Below are positions 1-13,009 of a DNA stretch of 64,000 nucleotides, piece after piece (positions within the stretch are counted from its first letter, which is position 1; every line of letters begins with the position of its first letter). The translations under genes were made by a program, and so were the position numbers. Source of the DNA: an uncultured Bacilli bacterium (GTDB lineage Bacteria > Bacillota_I > Bacilli_A > RF39 > UBA660); contig CANRCX010000001.1 of assembly GCA_947629235.1 (NCBI GenBank), forward strand, positions 46,374 to 110,373, read 5' to 3'. A model generated the notes under the pieces. It made no database searches and had not been told where the DNA came from. It worked only from the letters and a program-made list of their open reading frames with translations.

Positions 1-732
1 AATGTTATGACTGTATTAATTCCAAGAAATACAACAATTCCAACAACTAAATCACAAGTATTTAGTACTGCTGCTGATAATCAACCAGCTGTTGATATTC
101 ATATTTTACAAGGTGAAAGACCAATGGCTGCAGATAATAAAACTTTAGGACACTTCCAACTAACTAACATACCACCAGCTCCAAGGGGAGTACCTCAAAT
201 TGAAGTATCATTTGATATTGATGCTAATGGTATTGTTAATGTTAAAGCTAAAGATTTAGGAACTAATAAAGAACAAGCTATTACAATTACTGCATCTACT
301 AACCTTAGTGATGAAGAAATTGATAGAATGATGAAAGAAGCAGAAGCAAATAAAGAAGCAGATAACAAACGTAAAGAAGAAGCTGAAATAAGAAATGATG
401 CTGAACAAATGGTATTTGCAAGTGAAAAAACATTAAAAGACTTTGGTGATAAAGTAAAAGATAAAGAAAAAGAAGAAATTGAAGATTTAGTAAAAGAAAC
501 TAAAGAAGCTCTTGAAGGTGATGATATTGATGATATCAAGAAGAAGAGTGAAGAATTATCACAAAAAGTAATGGAATTATCAAGTAGAATTTACCAAGAA
601 CAAGCAGCAGAGTCTCAAGCAGCTGCTGAAAATGCAAGCAAAGAAGATGAAGACGAAGATGATGAAGAAGAAAAAACTTCTAAAAAATCTAAAAAAAGCA
701 AAGTAAAAGATGCTGATTATGAAGAAAAATAA
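1..732 (+). CDS. dnaK: Molecular chaperone DnaK, C-terminal fragment; the gene starts upstream of the window
   Basis: Translation matches the Hsp70 substrate-binding and lid region (…[11 protein letters not shown]…[14 protein letters not shown]…[12 protein letters not shown]…) with an acidic EEK-rich C-terminal tail. The ORF is open to the window start. Confidence 0.9.
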   Translation, partial: NVMTVLIPRNTTIPTTKSQVFSTAADNQPAVDIHILQGERPMAADNKTLGHFQLTNIPPAPRGVPQIEVSFDIDANGIVNVKAKDLGTNKEQAITITASTNLSDEEIDRMMKEAEANKEADNKRKEEAEIRNDAEQMVFASEKTLKDFGDKVKDKEKEEIEDLVKETKEALEGDDIDDIKKKSEELSQKVMELSSRIYQEQAAESQAAAENASKEDEDEDDEEEKTSKKSKKSKVKDADYEEK

Positions 733-744
733 TTAATAAAAATT

Positions 745-775
745 CTAGGGGCTTTTAAAATAAGCCCCTATATAA
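745..775 (+). terminator. Rho-independent terminator after dnaK
   Basis: Inverted repeat TAGGGGCTT-ttaaaat-AAGCCCCTA lies immediately after the dnaK stop codon. Confidence 0.55.
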
Positions 776-802
776 TATAAATATAAATAAAAGGAGATAA
801 TA

Positions 803-2572
803 ATGGATAAATATAACTGGGACTTAACTAGAATGTTTAAAAACGAAAATGAATATAAAAATGCAATTAATGAAGTAAATAAATTACTTGATGAAATTGT
901 TTTATATAAAGGAAAAATATTAGAAAGTAGTAAATCATTATTAGAAGTACTAAAAATTGATAGTAGAATAGATTATTTAATAGAAAGATTATATGTATAT
1001 TCATTTTTAGGTTATTACATAAATATGAGTGATATTAAATTTATTAAATATAAAGAAGAAATACTTTCATTATGTAATAAATCAGATAGTTTAAGAAGTT
1101 TTATGATTCCAGAATTATTATCTTCAGATTTTAGTTTAATAGAAAAATATATAAGTGAAAATGAAAATTTAGAAAAATATAGATTTATGCTTGAAAAAAC
1201 ATTTAGATATAAAGATCATACTTTAAGTGAATGTGAAGAAAAATTATTAAGTGATATGTCAGATGTATTTAGAATTCCTGAATCTACTTATGAAGAACTT
1301 GATAACACTGATATTAAATTTGATAAAGTAATAGATGAAGATGGTAAAAAGGTAGAACTTACTACATCTAACTATAGTACATTTTTAATGTCTAAAAATA
1401 GAAATGTAAGAAAAACTGCTTTTAAAAAAGAATATAAATTTTATAAAGAACATATTAACACTATTTCATCTTTATATATAGGACAAGTTAAATCTAATGC
1501 ATTTATTTCTAAAACAAGAAAGTTTGATGATATTTTATCTTCTGCTTTATTTAGTGATAGAGTAGATAAGAAATTATATAATAATTTAATTAAAGTAACT
1601 GATAAAAATATAAAATATTTACAAGAATTTTATAAAAATAAAGGTAAAGTTTTAGGGTATAAATTACATATGTATGATTTATATGTAAATACATCTATTA
1701 CACTTGATAAAAAAATAGATTATGAATCTGCAATAAAAATAGTAAATGACGCTCTTAAACCTTTAGGAAAAGATTACTTAGATAAATTTAATTATTTACT
1801 TAATAATAATGCAGTAGATGTATATCCTAAAAAAGCTAAAAGAAGTGGAGCTTATGAATGGGGAAGTTATGATGCTCTTCCATATGTATCTTTAAATTAT
1901 GAAAATAATATGGATAGTGTAAGTACACTTGCTCATGAAATGGGACATGCTATGCATAGTTATTTAAGTAATGAACATCAAGATTTTATATATGCAGGAT
2001 ATCCAATATTCTTAGCAGAAATAGCATCAACTGTAAATGAAGTATTACTTTCAAATTATTTAATTAATAACACAAATGATAAAGATGAAAAAATATATTA
2101 TTTAGTAGAATTTTTAGATAAATTTAAAGCTACTGTTTATAGACAAGTTATGTTTGCTGAGTTTGAAAAAATAATTCATGAAAAATATGAAAATAATGAA
2201 GCACTTACTATGGAACTATTATGTGATACATATTTAAAATTAAATAAAAAATATTTTAGTCCTAGTGTAGTAGTTGATGATGATATTAAATATGAATGGG
2301 CAAGAATTCCACATTTTTATACTTCATTTTATGTTTATAAATATGCAACTGGATTTATTAGTGCACTTTTAATTGCAGATAAATTAATAAATGATAATGA
2401 TAATTTTAGAGATAAATATATTGAATTTTTAAGTAGTGGTGGAAGTGATTATCCATTAAATTTATTAAAGAAACTTGGAATAGATATTGAAAATGAAGAA
2501 ACTCTTAATAGAGCATTTGATATATTTAATGAAAAATTAAAATATCTTGAAAGTTTAGAAAGTGGTGAATAA
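803..2572 (+). CDS. pepF: Oligoendopeptidase F (M3B family metallopeptidase)
   Basis: 589 aa. HExxH zinc motif readable as [12 protein letters not shown]. Length and overall pattern fit PepF. RBS AAGGAG lies upstream of the ATG. Confidence 0.85.
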   Translation: MDKYNWDLTRMFKNENEYKNAINEVNKLLDEIVLYKGKILESSKSLLEVLKIDSRIDYLIERLYVYSFLGYYINMSDIKFIKYKEEILSLCNKSDSLRSFMIPELLSSDFSLIEKYISENENLEKYRFMLEKTFRYKDHTLSECEEKLLSDMSDVFRIPESTYEELDNTDIKFDKVIDEDGKKVELTTSNYSTFLMSKNRNVRKTAFKKEYKFYKEHINTISSLYIGQVKSNAFISKTRKFDDILSSALFSDRVDKKLYNNLIKVTDKNIKYLQEFYKNKGKVLGYKLHMYDLYVNTSITLDKKIDYESAIKIVNDALKPLGKDYLDKFNYLLNNNAVDVYPKKAKRSGAYEWGSYDALPYVSLNYENNMDSVSTLAHEMGHAMHSYLSNEHQDFIYAGYPIFLAEIASTVNEVLLSNYLINNTNDKDEKIYYLVEFLDKFKATVYRQVMFAEFEKIIHEKYENNEALTMELLCDTYLKLNKKYFSPSVVVDDDIKYEWARIPHFYTSFYVYKYATGFISALLIADKLINDNDNFRDKYIEFLSSGGSDYPLNLLKKLGIDIENEETLNRAFDIFNEKLKYLESLESGE

Positions 2573-3719
2573 TGTGGCAAAAAGAGATTATTATGAAGTT
2601 TTAGGTGTTTCAAAAGATGCAACTGAAGATGAAATAAAAAGTGCTTTTAGAAAAAAAGCAAAAGAATTTCACCCTGATATAAATAAAAGTCCTGATGCAC
2701 CAGAAAAATTTAAAGAAGCACAAGAAGCATATGCTTGTTTAAGTGATAAAGATAATAGAGCTAAATATGATAAATATGGTCATGCAGCATTTGAAAATCC
2801 ATATGGAAATGCTGGTGGTGGAAGTTATCAAGGATATAGTGGTGGAAATCCATTTGGTAATTTTGACTTTGGAGATATATTTGATGATTTGTTCTCTGGT
2901 GGATTTGGATCTTTTGGAAGTGCATTTGGTGGAAGCAATAGAAACTCTAATAGAGCAAGAAAAGGTAATGATACATTATATGGCATGAAAATAGATTTTA
3001 TGGATGCTGTATATGGATGTAAAAAAGAAATAGATTTAGATTACTTTGAAGAATGTGAAGATTGTGATGGTCAAGGTGGCCATGGAGAAAGCACATGTTC
3101 TGAATGTGGTGGTAGTGGATATGTAATTAGACAAACTAATACAATTCTTGGAACTATTCAAACTAGAACTACTTGTTCTGAATGTAATGGAACTGGAAAA
3201 ACATTTAAATCTAAATGTAGTACATGTAAAGGTACTGGAAGAGTAAGAGTTAATAAAACAATTACAATAGATATCCCAGCAGGTATAGATAATGGTGAAC
3301 AATTAAGAGTAAGTGGAAAAGGTGAAGCTGGAATTAATGGTGGACCTAATGGAGACTTATATATTGAAATTAGAATAACACCACATGAACTATATAGAAG
3401 AGATGGAAATGATATTTATATAGATTTACCTGTTACAATAACTGATTTATGTTTAGGTTGCAGAAAAGATATTAAAACAATGGATGGAGTAGTTGAACTT
3501 AAAATAAAAGAAGGAAGTCAACCAGGAGATACACTTAGAATTAAAGGAAAAGGAATAAATAATCCAGATGCTTGGAAAAAAGGAGACTTCTATTGTGTTT
3601 TAAAATTAATTATTCCAACAAATTTAACAAGAAAACAAAAATCATTACTTCAAGATCTTGAAGATACTGATTTAGAAGATAGTATTGAATTTAGAAGATT
3701 TGATAAATTAAATAGATAA
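2562..3719 (+). CDS. dnaJ: Chaperone DnaJ (Hsp40)
   Basis: J-domain with HPD motif (…KEFHPDINK…), a Gly/Phe-rich linker, and four CxxCxGxG zinc-finger repeats ([32 protein letters not shown]). The true start may be the GTG at 2574, giving [12 protein letters not shown]. Confidence 0.9.
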   Translation: MVNNVAKRDYYEVLGVSKDATEDEIKSAFRKKAKEFHPDINKSPDAPEKFKEAQEAYACLSDKDNRAKYDKYGHAAFENPYGNAGGGSYQGYSGGNPFGNFDFGDIFDDLFSGGFGSFGSAFGGSNRNSNRARKGNDTLYGMKIDFMDAVYGCKKEIDLDYFEECEDCDGQGGHGESTCSECGGSGYVIRQTNTILGTIQTRTTCSECNGTGKTFKSKCSTCKGTGRVRVNKTITIDIPAGIDNGEQLRVSGKGEAGINGGPNGDLYIEIRITPHELYRRDGNDIYIDLPVTITDLCLGCRKDIKTMDGVVELKIKEGSQPGDTLRIKGKGINNPDAWKKGDFYCVLKLIIPTNLTRKQKSLLQDLEDTDLEDSIEFRRFDKLNR

Positions 3720-3779
3720 TTAGTATAAAATCGCTAAATTATCATAAAATTTAAAGAAAATGCTTTACAAATAAAAAAA

Positions 3780-3905
3780 AGTATTATATAATCAAATACG
3801 TTGAAGTGACCAAAGACAGTAAGTACAAAAATAAATCTTACCGAGGAAACGATGTATAATAAGATTATCACAAGTTTCCTTGTCATGAGGAAACTTTTAA
3901 TTTAT
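3780..3905 (+). promoter_or_regulatory. rplJ (L10) leader / attenuator-like structure
   Basis: The long 5' leader before rplJ contains mutually exclusive helices: AGGAAAC…GTTTCCT, and GTTTCCT-tgtcatg-AGGAAAC followed by TTTTAATTT. This is consistent with the L10(L12)4 autoregulatory leader described in Firmicutes. Confidence 0.4.
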
Positions 3906-3920
3906 ATGAAAGGAGACTAT

Positions 3921-4424
3921 ATGGCAAGTAAAGAAATTCTTAAACAAAAAGAAGCTACTGTTAAAGAAATAACTGATAAACTTGATAGTTCTAAGACATT
4001 CTTATTACTTAATTATCAAGGACTTACAGTTAGTGAAATAAGAGAGCTAAGACAAAGTTTAAGGGAAGTTAACTCTGATATAAAAGTTTATAAAAATACT
4101 CTTATGAATTTAGCACTTAAAAATAAGAATATTGAATTAACTGATTATATGCAAGGTCCTAATGCTTACTTATTTTCAGAAAGCATTATAGAACCAATTA
4201 AAGTAGTTAGCAAATTTGCAAAAGATCATCCTGCACTTGAAGTTAGAGTTGGATATATTGATAATGAAGTAGTTGATACAACAGTTATTAATAAATATGC
4301 AACAATACCAAGTATGGAAGGATTACTTACAATGTTTGCTGGTGGCTTAATGGAACATGTAAGAAACTTAAGTATAGGGTTAAATTTATATGCTGAAAAG
4401 TTAGAAGAAGGAGGAAATAACTAA
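3921..4424 (+). CDS. rplJ: 50S ribosomal protein L10
   Basis: MASKEILKQKEATVKEI… is a typical L10 N-terminus. An AGGAG RBS sits 7 nt upstream. The ORF-track start at 3852 is an in-frame 5' extension with no RBS. Confidence 0.85.
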   Translation: MASKEILKQKEATVKEITDKLDSSKTFLLLNYQGLTVSEIRELRQSLREVNSDIKVYKNTLMNLALKNKNIELTDYMQGPNAYLFSESIIEPIKVVSKFAKDHPALEVRVGYIDNEVVDTTVINKYATIPSMEGLLTMFAGGLMEHVRNLSIGLNLYAEKLEEGGNN

Positions 4425-4798
4425 TGGCTAAAATTGAAAACAAAGATATTATCGAAGCTTTAAAAGAAAAAACTATTCTTGAAGTTAAAGAATTAGTTGA
4501 TATGATGAAAGAAGAATTTGGTGTTGATCCATCTGCAGTTGCTGTTGCTGCTGCTCCTGCACAAGCAGAAGCAGAAGAAAGTGCTACAAGTGGAGTTAAA
4601 ACTGTAGTTCTAAAAGATGCTGGAGCTCAAAAATTACAAGTTATTAAAGTAATTAGAGAAGCTACTGGTCTTGGACTTAAAGAAGCTAAAGATATTGCTG
4701 ATGCTGGTGGAAATGTTAAAGAAGGAATTCCTGCTAGTGAAGCTGACGAATTAAAAGCTAAATTAGAAGAAGCTGGAGCTACTGTAGAACTAGCTTAA
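4424..4798 (+). CDS. rplL: 50S ribosomal protein L7/L12
   Basis: 124 aa with an Ala-rich hinge and a conserved C-terminal domain (…KVIKVIREATGLGLKEAKD…EAGATVEL). TAATG overlap with rplJ. Confidence 0.92.
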   Translation: MAKIENKDIIEALKEKTILEVKELVDMMKEEFGVDPSAVAVAAAPAQAEAEESATSGVKTVVLKDAGAQKLQVIKVIREATGLGLKEAKDIADAGGNVKEGIPASEADELKAKLEEAGATVELA

Positions 4799-4863
4799 TT
4801 TATAAGGCCTTTTATATAAGGTCTTTCTGTGTATTTAAACAACTAAAATAAAAAAGGAGAATT

Positions 4864-5457
4864 ATGAGTCATTATTTTGAAAATGATATGAACTTAAAAA
4901 GTGAAATTAGAGAGTTAAGTTATAAATATAATTCTTCTTTTTTCATGTTTTATAGTGATAATGGTGTATTTAGTAAAAAAGCAATTGATTATGGAAGTAA
5001 ACTACTTTTAGAAACATACTTAGATGTTGATAAAACAAGTAAAAAAGTATTAGATGTTGGTTGTGGATATGGACTAATTGGAATAGTAATCAGTATTATT
5101 AATAATTCATATGTTGATATGATTGATGTTAATAAAAGAGCTATACATCTAACAAACAGAAATATTAAAAGATATAAAGAATTTAAAGGAACCGCATTTA
5201 TTAGTGATGCTTATGAAAATGTGCATGATAAATATGATGTTATTATTACTAATCCACCAATTAGAGTAGGAAAAGTTAAATTATTAGAAATATTAGAAGG
5301 TGCCTTTGAACATTTAAATAAAGATGGATATTTATATTTTGTTATTAGAAAAGATCAAGGCGCATTATCAATTAAAAAGATATTAGAAGAAAAAAATGAA
5401 GTAGAAATTATAAATAGAGATAAAGGATATTTTATTTTAAGAGTAAAAAACTTGTAA
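4864..5457 (+). CDS. Class I SAM-dependent methyltransferase (YbxB/RsmC-like) between rplL and rpoB
   Basis: SAM-binding motif VLDVGCGYGLIG and an NPP(I/F) motif (ITNPPIR) typical of N2-G/N6-A methyltransferases. It occupies the same position as B. subtilis ybxB. Confidence 0.7.
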   Translation: MSHYFENDMNLKSEIRELSYKYNSSFFMFYSDNGVFSKKAIDYGSKLLLETYLDVDKTSKKVLDVGCGYGLIGIVISIINNSYVDMIDVNKRAIHLTNRNIKRYKEFKGTAFISDAYENVHDKYDVIITNPPIRVGKVKLLEILEGAFEHLNKDGYLYFVIRKDQGALSIKKILEEKNEVEIINRDKGYFILRVKNL

Positions 5458-5573
5458 AAATTGATAAAAAAAGATTGACTTACTAGAAAACATTGTGTTA
5501 AAATTTTATATTGCAGTACAGTTTTATTTTTTAAAATTTGCGTTCTTTAAAAATTTAGGATTGGGGTGAAATA

Positions 5574-8500
5574 GTGGCATACAAAACAGTTAAATTTGGT
5601 GACCATAGAGAAAGAAGAAGTTTCTCAACAAAGTATAGTACTTTAGAACTATCTAACTTATTAGAAGTTCAAAAGAGTTCATTTGACTTATTTTTAAAGG
5701 AAGGAATTAAGGAAGTATTTGATGATATTTTCCCAGTAGAGAGTTTTTCAGGTTCATTATCACTAGAATTTGGTGATTATTATTTTGATGAGCCAAAATA
5801 TTCTGTAAAAGAAAGTAGAGAAAGAAAAACTACTTATGCTGCACCTTTAAAAGTTAAGGCAAGATTATTTATTAATGAAACAGGAGAAGTAAAAGAACAA
5901 GAAGTATATTTAGGTGATATGCCTTTAATGACTGATACAGGATCATTTATTATTAATGGTGCTGAAAGAGTTATTAACTCTCAACTTGTTATGGGACCAT
6001 CTTGTTATTACAAAAATGAAGTAGATAAGAATGGTAGAAACATAATATCAAGTGAAGTTAGACCTAATAAAGGAACATGGCTAGAATATGAACTAGATGC
6101 AAGAGGTATTTTATATGTAAGAATTGATAGAACTAGAAAAGTTACAGTTACTACATTACTTCGTGCATTAGGCCTTTCAAGTGATGAAGAAATATTAGAA
6201 TTATTTGGTCAAGATGAATATTTAATTAATACTTTAGAAAAAGATTCTACTAAGAATACTGATGAAGCATTAATTGAAATATATGAAAAATTAAGACCAG
6301 GTGAACCAGCTACATTAGATTCAGCTAAAAACCAATTAATCGTAAGATTCTTTGATAAATTTAGATATGATTTAGGTAAAGTTGGTAGATATAAATTCAA
6401 TAAAAAACTTAATGTTTTAGATAGACTTGTAAATAATAAAATAGCACAAGATATAAAAATAGGAAAAGAAGTTATTGTTAAAAAAGGAACAGTAATTACA
6501 AAAGATATTCTTGAAACTATTAAACCTTATTTTAATGAAGGTTATGGTGTAAAAGAAGTTACTATAAATGAAGAACTTGATACATATAATAAAATTCAAG
6601 AAGTTTTAGTATATGCTAATGACGATTCAGGAAAAGTAATAAAAGTTATAGGTAATGATCAAACTATTGATACTAAGAGACTTACTATTTCAGATGTATA
6701 TGCATCTTTATCATATTATATTTGTTTATTATATGGTATTGGTAAATATGATGAAATAGATCACTTAGGAAATAGACGTGTAAGACAAGTAGGAGAACTT
6801 ATTCAAAATCAATTTAGAATAGGTGTTGCTCGTATGGAAAGACAAATTAGAGATAAGATGTCAACACAAGAAATTGATGCTGTTACTCCTAAATCATTAA
6901 TTAATATAAGACCAGTAACTGCTGCTTTAAAAGAATTCTTTGGTAGTAGCCAATTATCAAAATTCATGGATCAAATAAATCCATTATCAGAATTAAATGA
7001 TAAGAGAAGACTTAGTGCTCTTGGTCCTGGAGGACTTTCAAGAGATAGAGCAGGTATGGAAGTTCGTGATGTAAACCCATCACACTATGGTAGAATTTGT
7101 CCTATCGAAACTCCAGAAGGTCAAAACATTGGACTTATTACATCTCTTGCAAGCTATGCAAGAATAAATGAATATGGATTTATAATGACTCCATATAGAA
7201 AAGTAGTAAATTCTAGAATAACTGATGAAATAGTTTATATGACTGCTGATGAAGAAGAAGATTATTATATTAGTCAAGCTACTGTAGAAGCAGATAAAGA
7301 TGGAAACATTTTAGATGATACAGTACCAGTTAGGTATAATAAAGATAACTTAATTGTTACAAAAGATAAAGTAGATTATATAGATGTTTCTCCTTCACAA
7401 ATAGTTTCTGTTACAACAAGTATGATTCCTTTTATGGAACATGATGATGCTAATAGAACACTAATGGGAGCTAACATGCAACGTCAAGCAGTACCACTAA
7501 TGATTACAGAAGCTCCAATTGTTGGAACTGGTGTAGAAGCAGCAATAGCAAGAGACTCTGGTTGTTCAGTAGTATGTGATATTGATGGTGTTGTTGAATA
7601 TGTTGATGCTAAGAAGATTATAGTAAAAGGTATAGATGAAAAGAGAACTTATGAACTTATAAGTTATCAAAGAAGTAATAATGAAACTTGTTATAATCAA
7701 AAACCAATTGTTAAAACTGGTGAAAAAGTACATAAAGGTGAAATTATTGCTGATGGACCTTCTACTGATAAAGGTGAAATAGCTTTAGGTAAAAATGTAG
7801 TTGTAGCATTTATGACTTATAATGGTTATAACTATGAAGATGCTGTTATTCTAAATGAAAGAATAGTTAAGGATGATGTGTATACTTCTGTACATATTGA
7901 AATGAAAGAAGTAGAATGTAGAGATACTAAATTAGGACCTGAAGAATTTACAAGAGATATTCCTAATATTAGTGAAGATGCACGTAAGAATTTAGATGAA
8001 AATGGTATCGTAAGAATAGGAACTGAAGTTAAAGAAAATGATATTCTTGTTGGTAAAGTTACTCCAAAAGGAATGCAAGAATTATCAAGTGAAGAAAAAT
8101 TATTACATGCAATTTTTGGTGAAAAGACAAGAGAAGTTAGAGATACTTCACTTAGAGTATCACATGGATGTTCAGGTATTGTACATGATGTACAAATATT
8201 TACTAAAGAAAATAGTGATGAACTTCCAGCTGGTGTATCAAAAGTTGTAAGAGTATATATAGTTAAGAAGAGAAAAATCCAAGTTGGAGACAAAATGGCT
8301 GGACGTCATGGTAACAAAGGTGTTTGTTCACTAATTTTACCAGAAGAAGATATGCCATATTTACCAGATGGTACTCCTGTTGATGTAATCTTAAATCCAT
8401 TAGGTGTTCCATCTCGTATGAACTTAGGACAAATCTTAGAGTTACACTTAGGTATGGCTGGTAAAAAATTAGGTGTTCACTATGCTACACCAATATTCAA

Positions 8501-9233
8501 TAGTGCAACTGAAGAAGATATCAAAGAAGAAACAGCTGCTGCTGGACTAGATCCTGATTATAAGACTTGGTTATATGATGGTCGTACAGGTGAAAGATTT
8601 GATAAGAGAGTATCAGTTGGTGTTATGTACATGATAAGACTTGTACATATGGTTGATGATAAAATCCATGCTCGTGCTACTGGACCTTATAGTTTAGTTA
8701 CACAACAACCACTTGGTGGTAAAGCTCAATTTGGTGGTCAAAGATTTGGAGAAATGGAAGTTTGGGCATTATATGCTTATGGTGCTGCTCATATCTTACA
8801 AGAAGTTATTACAATTAAATCAGATGATGTAGTTGGAAGAGTAAGAGTATATGAAGCACTTGTTAAAGGAAAACCAATCCCAGCACCAGGAGTTCCAGAA
8901 AGCTTTAGAGTATTAATTAAAGAATTCCAAGCTTTAGGACTTGATATTCAAATAATTAATAAAGATGGAAGCTTAAAAGATATTAAAGAACTTGAAATGG
9001 AAGAAGATAGAGAAGACGTGCCAGTTTCAATTGAAGAAGTTGGTAAACCTGAAGTAGAAGAAACTGAAGAAGATACAAGTGATTATGAAGATGTTCAAGA
9101 AGAAGACGATGAAGAAGATGAATTTGGTGATGACTTTGATGAAGCAGAGCCAACTGAAGAAGATCTTGAATATGAAGAAGAGTATGGACTTGATGATTAT
9201 AGTTTAGATGACTATGAAAGGGGTGAAGAATAA
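5574..9233 (+). CDS. rpoB: DNA-directed RNA polymerase subunit beta
   Basis: 1219 aa with conserved RpoB blocks, and an acidic C-terminal tail. GTG start follows a GGGGTGA RBS. Confidence 0.97.
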   Translation: MAYKTVKFGDHRERRSFSTKYSTLELSNLLEVQKSSFDLFLKEGIKEVFDDIFPVESFSGSLSLEFGDYYFDEPKYSVKESRERKTTYAAPLKVKARLFINETGEVKEQEVYLGDMPLMTDTGSFIINGAERVINSQLVMGPSCYYKNEVDKNGRNIISSEVRPNKGTWLEYELDARGILYVRIDRTRKVTVTTLLRALGLSSDEEILELFGQDEYLINTLEKDSTKNTDEALIEIYEKLRPGEPATLDSAKNQLIVRFFDKFRYDLGKVGRYKFNKKLNVLDRLVNNKIAQDIKIGKEVIVKKGTVITKDILETIKPYFNEGYGVKEVTINEELDTYNKIQEVLVYANDDSGKVIKVIGNDQTIDTKRLTISDVYASLSYYICLLYGIGKYDEIDHLGNRRVRQVGELIQNQFRIGVARMERQIRDKMSTQEIDAVTPKSLINIRPVTAALKEFFGSSQLSKFMDQINPLSELNDKRRLSALGPGGLSRDRAGMEVRDVNPSHYGRICPIETPEGQNIGLITSLASYARINEYGFIMTPYRKVVNSRITDEIVYMTADEEEDYYISQATVEADKDGNILDDTVPVRYNKDNLIVTKDKVDYIDVSPSQIVSVTTSMIPFMEHDDANRTLMGANMQRQAVPLMITEAPIVGTGVEAAIARDSGCSVVCDIDGVVEYVDAKKIIVKGIDEKRTYELISYQRSNNETCYNQKPIVKTGEKVHKGEIIADGPSTDKGEIALGKNVVVAFMTYNGYNYEDAVILNERIVKDDVYTSVHIEMKEVECRDTKLGPEEFTRDIPNISEDARKNLDENGIVRIGTEVKENDILVGKVTPKGMQELSSEEKLLHAIFGEKTREVRDTSLRVSHGCSGIVHDVQIFTKENSDELPAGVSKVVRVYIVKKRKIQVGDKMAGRHGNKGVCSLILPEEDMPYLPDGTPVDVILNPLGVPSRMNLGQILELHLGMAGKKLGVHYATPIFNSATEEDIKEETAAAGLDPDYKTWLYDGRTGERFDKRVSVGVMYMIRLVHMVDDKIHARATGPYSLVTQQPLGGKAQFGGQRFGEMEVWALYAYGAAHILQEVITIKSDDVVGRVRVYEALVKGKPIPAPGVPESFRVLIKEFQALGLDIQIINKDGSLKDIKELEMEEDREDVPVSIEEVGKPEVEETEEDTSDYEDVQEEDDEEDEFGDDFDEAEPTEEDLEYEEEYGLDDYSLDDYERGEE

Positions 9234-12200
9234 TGATGGAAGTTAACGATTTTGATGGAATTCGTATAGGAATCGCGTCTCCTGATAAAATTCGTGAATG
9301 GTCTTATGGAGAAGTTAAAAAACCAGAAACTATCAATTATAGAACACTAAACCCTGAAAGAGATGGACTTTTCTGTGAAAAGATATTCGGTCCAACAAAA
9401 GACTTTGAATGTGCTTGTAAAAAATATAAAAGACTTAGATATAAAAATGTAGTTTGTGATAGATGTGGTGTAGAAGTAACAAGAGCAAAGGTAAGAAGAG
9501 AAAGAATGGGACATATTGAACTTGCTAGTCCTGTAAGCCACATTTGGTATGCAAAAGGTGTACCTCCTAAAATTGGACTAGTTTTAGATATTAGTCCAAG
9601 AGAATTAGAAGAAGTATTATATTTCGTAAGTTATATAGTATTAGATCCAGGAATTGCACCTCTTGCTAAAAAACAAACCCTATCTGATAAAGAATACAGA
9701 GCTTATTATGAAAAATATGGTGATGGATTCAAAGTAGGTATGGGTGCTGAAGCAATTAAACAATTATTAACAGAAGTTGATCTTGATAAAGAAATAGAAG
9801 AACTTAAAAAAGAAGTAGAAAAATCACAAGGTCAAAAGAAATTAAGATTATTAAAGAGATTAGATTGCTTAAATGCATTTAAAGAAAGTGGTAACAGGCC
9901 AGAATGGATGATTCTTGATGTACTTCCTGTTATACCACCAGATTTAAGACCTATGATTCAACTTCCAGGTGGAAGATTTGCAACTAGTGATTTAAATGAT
10001 TTATATAGAAGAATTATTAATAGAAATAATCGTCTTAAAAAATTATTAGAATTAGAAGCACCTACAATTATTGTTCAAAATGAAAAACGTATGCTTCAAG
10101 AAGCAGTAGATGCATTAATTGATAATGGTAGACGTGGAAGAAGTGTATCAGGTGTAGGAAATAGACCTTTAAAATCACTATCTTCAATGTTAAAAGGAAA
10201 ACAAGGTAGATTTAGACAAAACTTATTAGGTAAGAGAGTTGACTATAGTGGTCGTTCTGTTATCGTAGTAGGTCCAAGTTTAAAAATGTATCAATGTGGT
10301 GTTCCAAAAGAAATGGCATTAGAACTATTTAAACCATATGTAATGCAACAATTAGTAGAAAGAGGTATTGCTCACAATATCAAAGCTGCTAAGAAGATTA
10401 TAGATGTTCAAGATGAAAGAGTATGGGATGTAGTTGAAGATGTAATAAGAGAACATCCAGTATTATTAAACCGTGCTCCAACATTACACAGACTTTCAAT
10501 TCAAGCATTTGAACCTGTATTAGTTGGTGGAAAAGCACTTAGATTACACCCATTAGTTTGTGGTGGATTCAATGCAGACTTCGATGGTGACCAAATGGCT
10601 ATTCACATTCCAATTAGTGAAGAAGCTCAAGCAGAAGCAAGACTTCTAATGTTAGGTGCTAATAACATTTTAGACCCTAAAGATGGAAAACCAATCGTTA
10701 CACCTTCACAAGATATGGTTTTAGGTAACTATTATTTAACACTAGAACTTCCAGGTGAAGAAAATGAAGGTAAAGCATATAAAGATGCAAATGAAGCTTT
10801 AATGGCTTATGAAAGAAGAGATATAACACTTCATACAAGAATTTGTATTCCTGCAAAAGAATTCAAACATAAAGTATGGACTGATGAACAAAAAGAAAAA
10901 TATTTAGTAACTACTGCTGGAAAATTAATATTCAATGAAATATTCCCAGATACATATCCTTATATTAATGAAGGAAGTAAAGAGAATATTGAATTTATGA
11001 CACCAGATAAATTCTTTATCGAAAGAGGTAAAAATTTAAGAGAAGAAGTTGCTAAAATGCCTGTAGTTCCTGCTTTAGTTAAAAAAGATTTAGGAAAAAT
11101 AATAGCTCAAATATTTAAGAGATATAAAACTACAGAAACTTCTATATTCTTAGATAAATTAAAAGATTTAGGATTTAAATATAGTACTAAATCAGGTATT
11201 ACATTCTCACTTAGTGATATACCTGTAAATGCTGAAAAGCAAACTATTATTGATGAAACTAATGCAACAATAGATAAAATTAATAAACAATTTAAGCGTG
11301 GTCTTATAACTGATGAAGAAAGACATAATAAAGTAATTAAGTTATGGACTGATGCTACTAATACTGTTCAAGGTAAACTTGGAGATATATTAAAAGAAGA
11401 TGTTGAAAATCCACTTTCAATGATCATAAACTCTGGAGCCAGAGGTTCTGCTAACCAATTAGGACAACTTGCTGGTATGAGAGGTATTATGGCTAAACCA
11501 GATGGTGGACAAGTAGAAATCCCAATTCTAGCTTCATTCCGTGAAGGATTAGACGTTCAAGAATTCTTCTTATCAACACACGGTTCTAGAAAAGGTACAG
11601 CAGATACTGCATTAAAGACAGCAGATGCTGGATATTTAACAAGAAGACTTGTTGATGTTGTACAAGATATTATTGTAAAAGAAGAAGATTGTGGAACTAT
11701 TCAAGGTATTGAAGTAGAAGCATTCACAGATGAAAAGAGTGGTGCTGTAATTGAATCATTTAGAGATAGAATAGTAGGAAGATATTCAAATCAAAAATTA
11801 TTACACCCAGAAACAAAAGAAGTATTAATTGATAAAGGTGCATTAATTACTGAAAGAATAGCTGATAAAATTGTTGATGCTGGTATTACTAAAATGGAAA
11901 TCAGAAGTGTACTTACATGTAGATGTCCAAATGGTATTTGCCAAAAATGTTACGGTATTAACTTAGCTACTGGTAACTTAGTAGAAGTTGGTGAAGCAAC
12001 TGGTATTATGGCTGCTCAATCAATCGGTGAACCAGGTACTCAGTTAACAATGCGTACATTCCACACTGGTGGTGTTGCATCAGCTGCTGATATTACTCAA
12101 GGTCTTCCAAGAGTTGAAGAGTTATTTGAAGCAAGAATACCAAAAGCTAAAGCAACAATTGCTGAAATTGATGGTAAAATTACAAAAATCACAGATGATA

Positions 12201-12910
12201 AAAATAATAGATTTAAAATCTATATTACTAATGATGTTGAAACTCGTGAACATGTAACACAATATAATGCTAAACTTAAAGTTGAAAAAGGTGAACAAGT
12301 AGTTGCAGGACAAGCATTAACTGAAGGAAGTGTTAGTCCAAAAGAATTACTTGCTGTAACTGACCCAACAACTGTACAAGAATATATCTTAAAAGAAATT
12401 CAAAAAGTTTATAAATCTCAAGGTGTTGATGTTAATGATAAACATGTTGAAACAGTTATTAGAAGAATGATTACTAAGATTAAAGTTGTAGATCCAGGAG
12501 ATACAAACTTAATTGAAGGATTAAGTGTTCCATTAAGAGAATTTGCTGAAATTAATAAACCAGTAATCTTAAATGGTGGTGTACCTGCTACAGGAAAACC
12601 TGTAATGCTTGGTATTACAAAAGCATCATTAGAAACAGATTCATTCTTATCAGCTGCATCATTCCAAGAAACAACAAGAATCTTAACAGATGCTGCTACT
12701 CGTGGTAAAGTAGATATGTTAAATGGTTTAAAAGAAAATGTTATTCTTGGTAAATTAATTCCTGCTGGTACTGGAGCAAAACAATATAATAATATTGAAG
12801 TTATGCTAAAAAATGAACTTTTAGATGACGATGCTGCTGAAGTACTAGAAGAAAAATTCTTAACAGATGATAAAAATGAAGAAGTAGTTGAAGGTGCTTT
12901 AGAAAGCTAA
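9233..12910 (+). CDS. rpoC: DNA-directed RNA polymerase subunit beta'
   Basis: 1225 aa with a zinc-binding CxxC…CxxC N-terminus, NADFDGD catalytic motif, and trigger-loop/bridge-helix regions. Start overlaps the rpoB stop. Confidence 0.97.
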   Translation: MMEVNDFDGIRIGIASPDKIREWSYGEVKKPETINYRTLNPERDGLFCEKIFGPTKDFECACKKYKRLRYKNVVCDRCGVEVTRAKVRRERMGHIELASPVSHIWYAKGVPPKIGLVLDISPRELEEVLYFVSYIVLDPGIAPLAKKQTLSDKEYRAYYEKYGDGFKVGMGAEAIKQLLTEVDLDKEIEELKKEVEKSQGQKKLRLLKRLDCLNAFKESGNRPEWMILDVLPVIPPDLRPMIQLPGGRFATSDLNDLYRRIINRNNRLKKLLELEAPTIIVQNEKRMLQEAVDALIDNGRRGRSVSGVGNRPLKSLSSMLKGKQGRFRQNLLGKRVDYSGRSVIVVGPSLKMYQCGVPKEMALELFKPYVMQQLVERGIAHNIKAAKKIIDVQDERVWDVVEDVIREHPVLLNRAPTLHRLSIQAFEPVLVGGKALRLHPLVCGGFNADFDGDQMAIHIPISEEAQAEARLLMLGANNILDPKDGKPIVTPSQDMVLGNYYLTLELPGEENEGKAYKDANEALMAYERRDITLHTRICIPAKEFKHKVWTDEQKEKYLVTTAGKLIFNEIFPDTYPYINEGSKENIEFMTPDKFFIERGKNLREEVAKMPVVPALVKKDLGKIIAQIFKRYKTTETSIFLDKLKDLGFKYSTKSGITFSLSDIPVNAEKQTIIDETNATIDKINKQFKRGLITDEERHNKVIKLWTDATNTVQGKLGDILKEDVENPLSMIINSGARGSANQLGQLAGMRGIMAKPDGGQVEIPILASFREGLDVQEFFLSTHGSRKGTADTALKTADAGYLTRRLVDVVQDIIVKEEDCGTIQGIEVEAFTDEKSGAVIESFRDRIVGRYSNQKLLHPETKEVLIDKGALITERIADKIVDAGITKMEIRSVLTCRCPNGICQKCYGINLATGNLVEVGEATGIMAAQSIGEPGTQLTMRTFHTGGVASAADITQGLPRVEELFEARIPKAKATIAEIDGKITKITDDKNNRFKIYITNDVETREHVTQYNAKLKVEKGEQVVAGQALTEGSVSPKELLAVTDPTTVQEYILKEIQKVYKSQGVDVNDKHVETVIRRMITKIKVVDPGDTNLIEGLSVPLREFAEINKPVILNGGVPATGKPVMLGITKASLETDSFLSAASFQETTRILTDAATRGKVDMLNGLKENVILGKLIPAGTGAKQYNNIEVMLKNELLDDDAAEVLEEKFLTDDKNEEVVEGALES

Positions 12911-12927
12911 ATCTTAAAATAATAAAT

Positions 12928-12956
12928 AAAATTCCTTAAATGGAATTTTATTTTTT
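12928..12956 (+). terminator. Rho-independent terminator after rpoC
   Basis: AAAATTCC-ttaaat-GGAATTTT followed by ATTTTTTG. Confidence 0.7.
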
Positions 12957-13009
12957 GTAAAAAATGTGAAAAATATGTTATAATTTATGAAAAGAAGGGA
13001 ATATTTAAA

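Noticed and set aside
195-539. 114-aa minus-strand ORF inside dnaK
   Set aside because: Antisense to a strongly conserved CDS. Ser/Ile-rich low-complexity translation typical of AT-rich antisense frames.
2743-3302. Internal and antisense ORFs within dnaJ (2743-2988 +, 3036-3302 -)
   Set aside because: Out-of-frame or antisense to a conserved gene, with no RBS and low-complexity composition.
3852-3920. 5' extension of rplJ ORF (MYNKIITSFLVMRKLLIYMKGDY…)
   Set aside because: It lies within the structured L10 leader. There is no RBS at 3852, while a perfect AGGAG precedes ATG 3921, which gives the canonical L10 N-terminus.
4799-4863. Possible terminator after rplL (ATAAGGCCTTTTATATAAGGTCTTT)
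   Set aside because: The two halves form a direct rather than inverted repeat. No convincing stem.
6209-12313. Short minus/plus ORFs inside rpoB and rpoC (6209-6400, 6417-6599, 7080-7277, 7832-8293, 8038-8250, 9337-9543, 12069-12313)
   Set aside because: All overlap essential conserved genes, in alternative frames, with low-complexity products.
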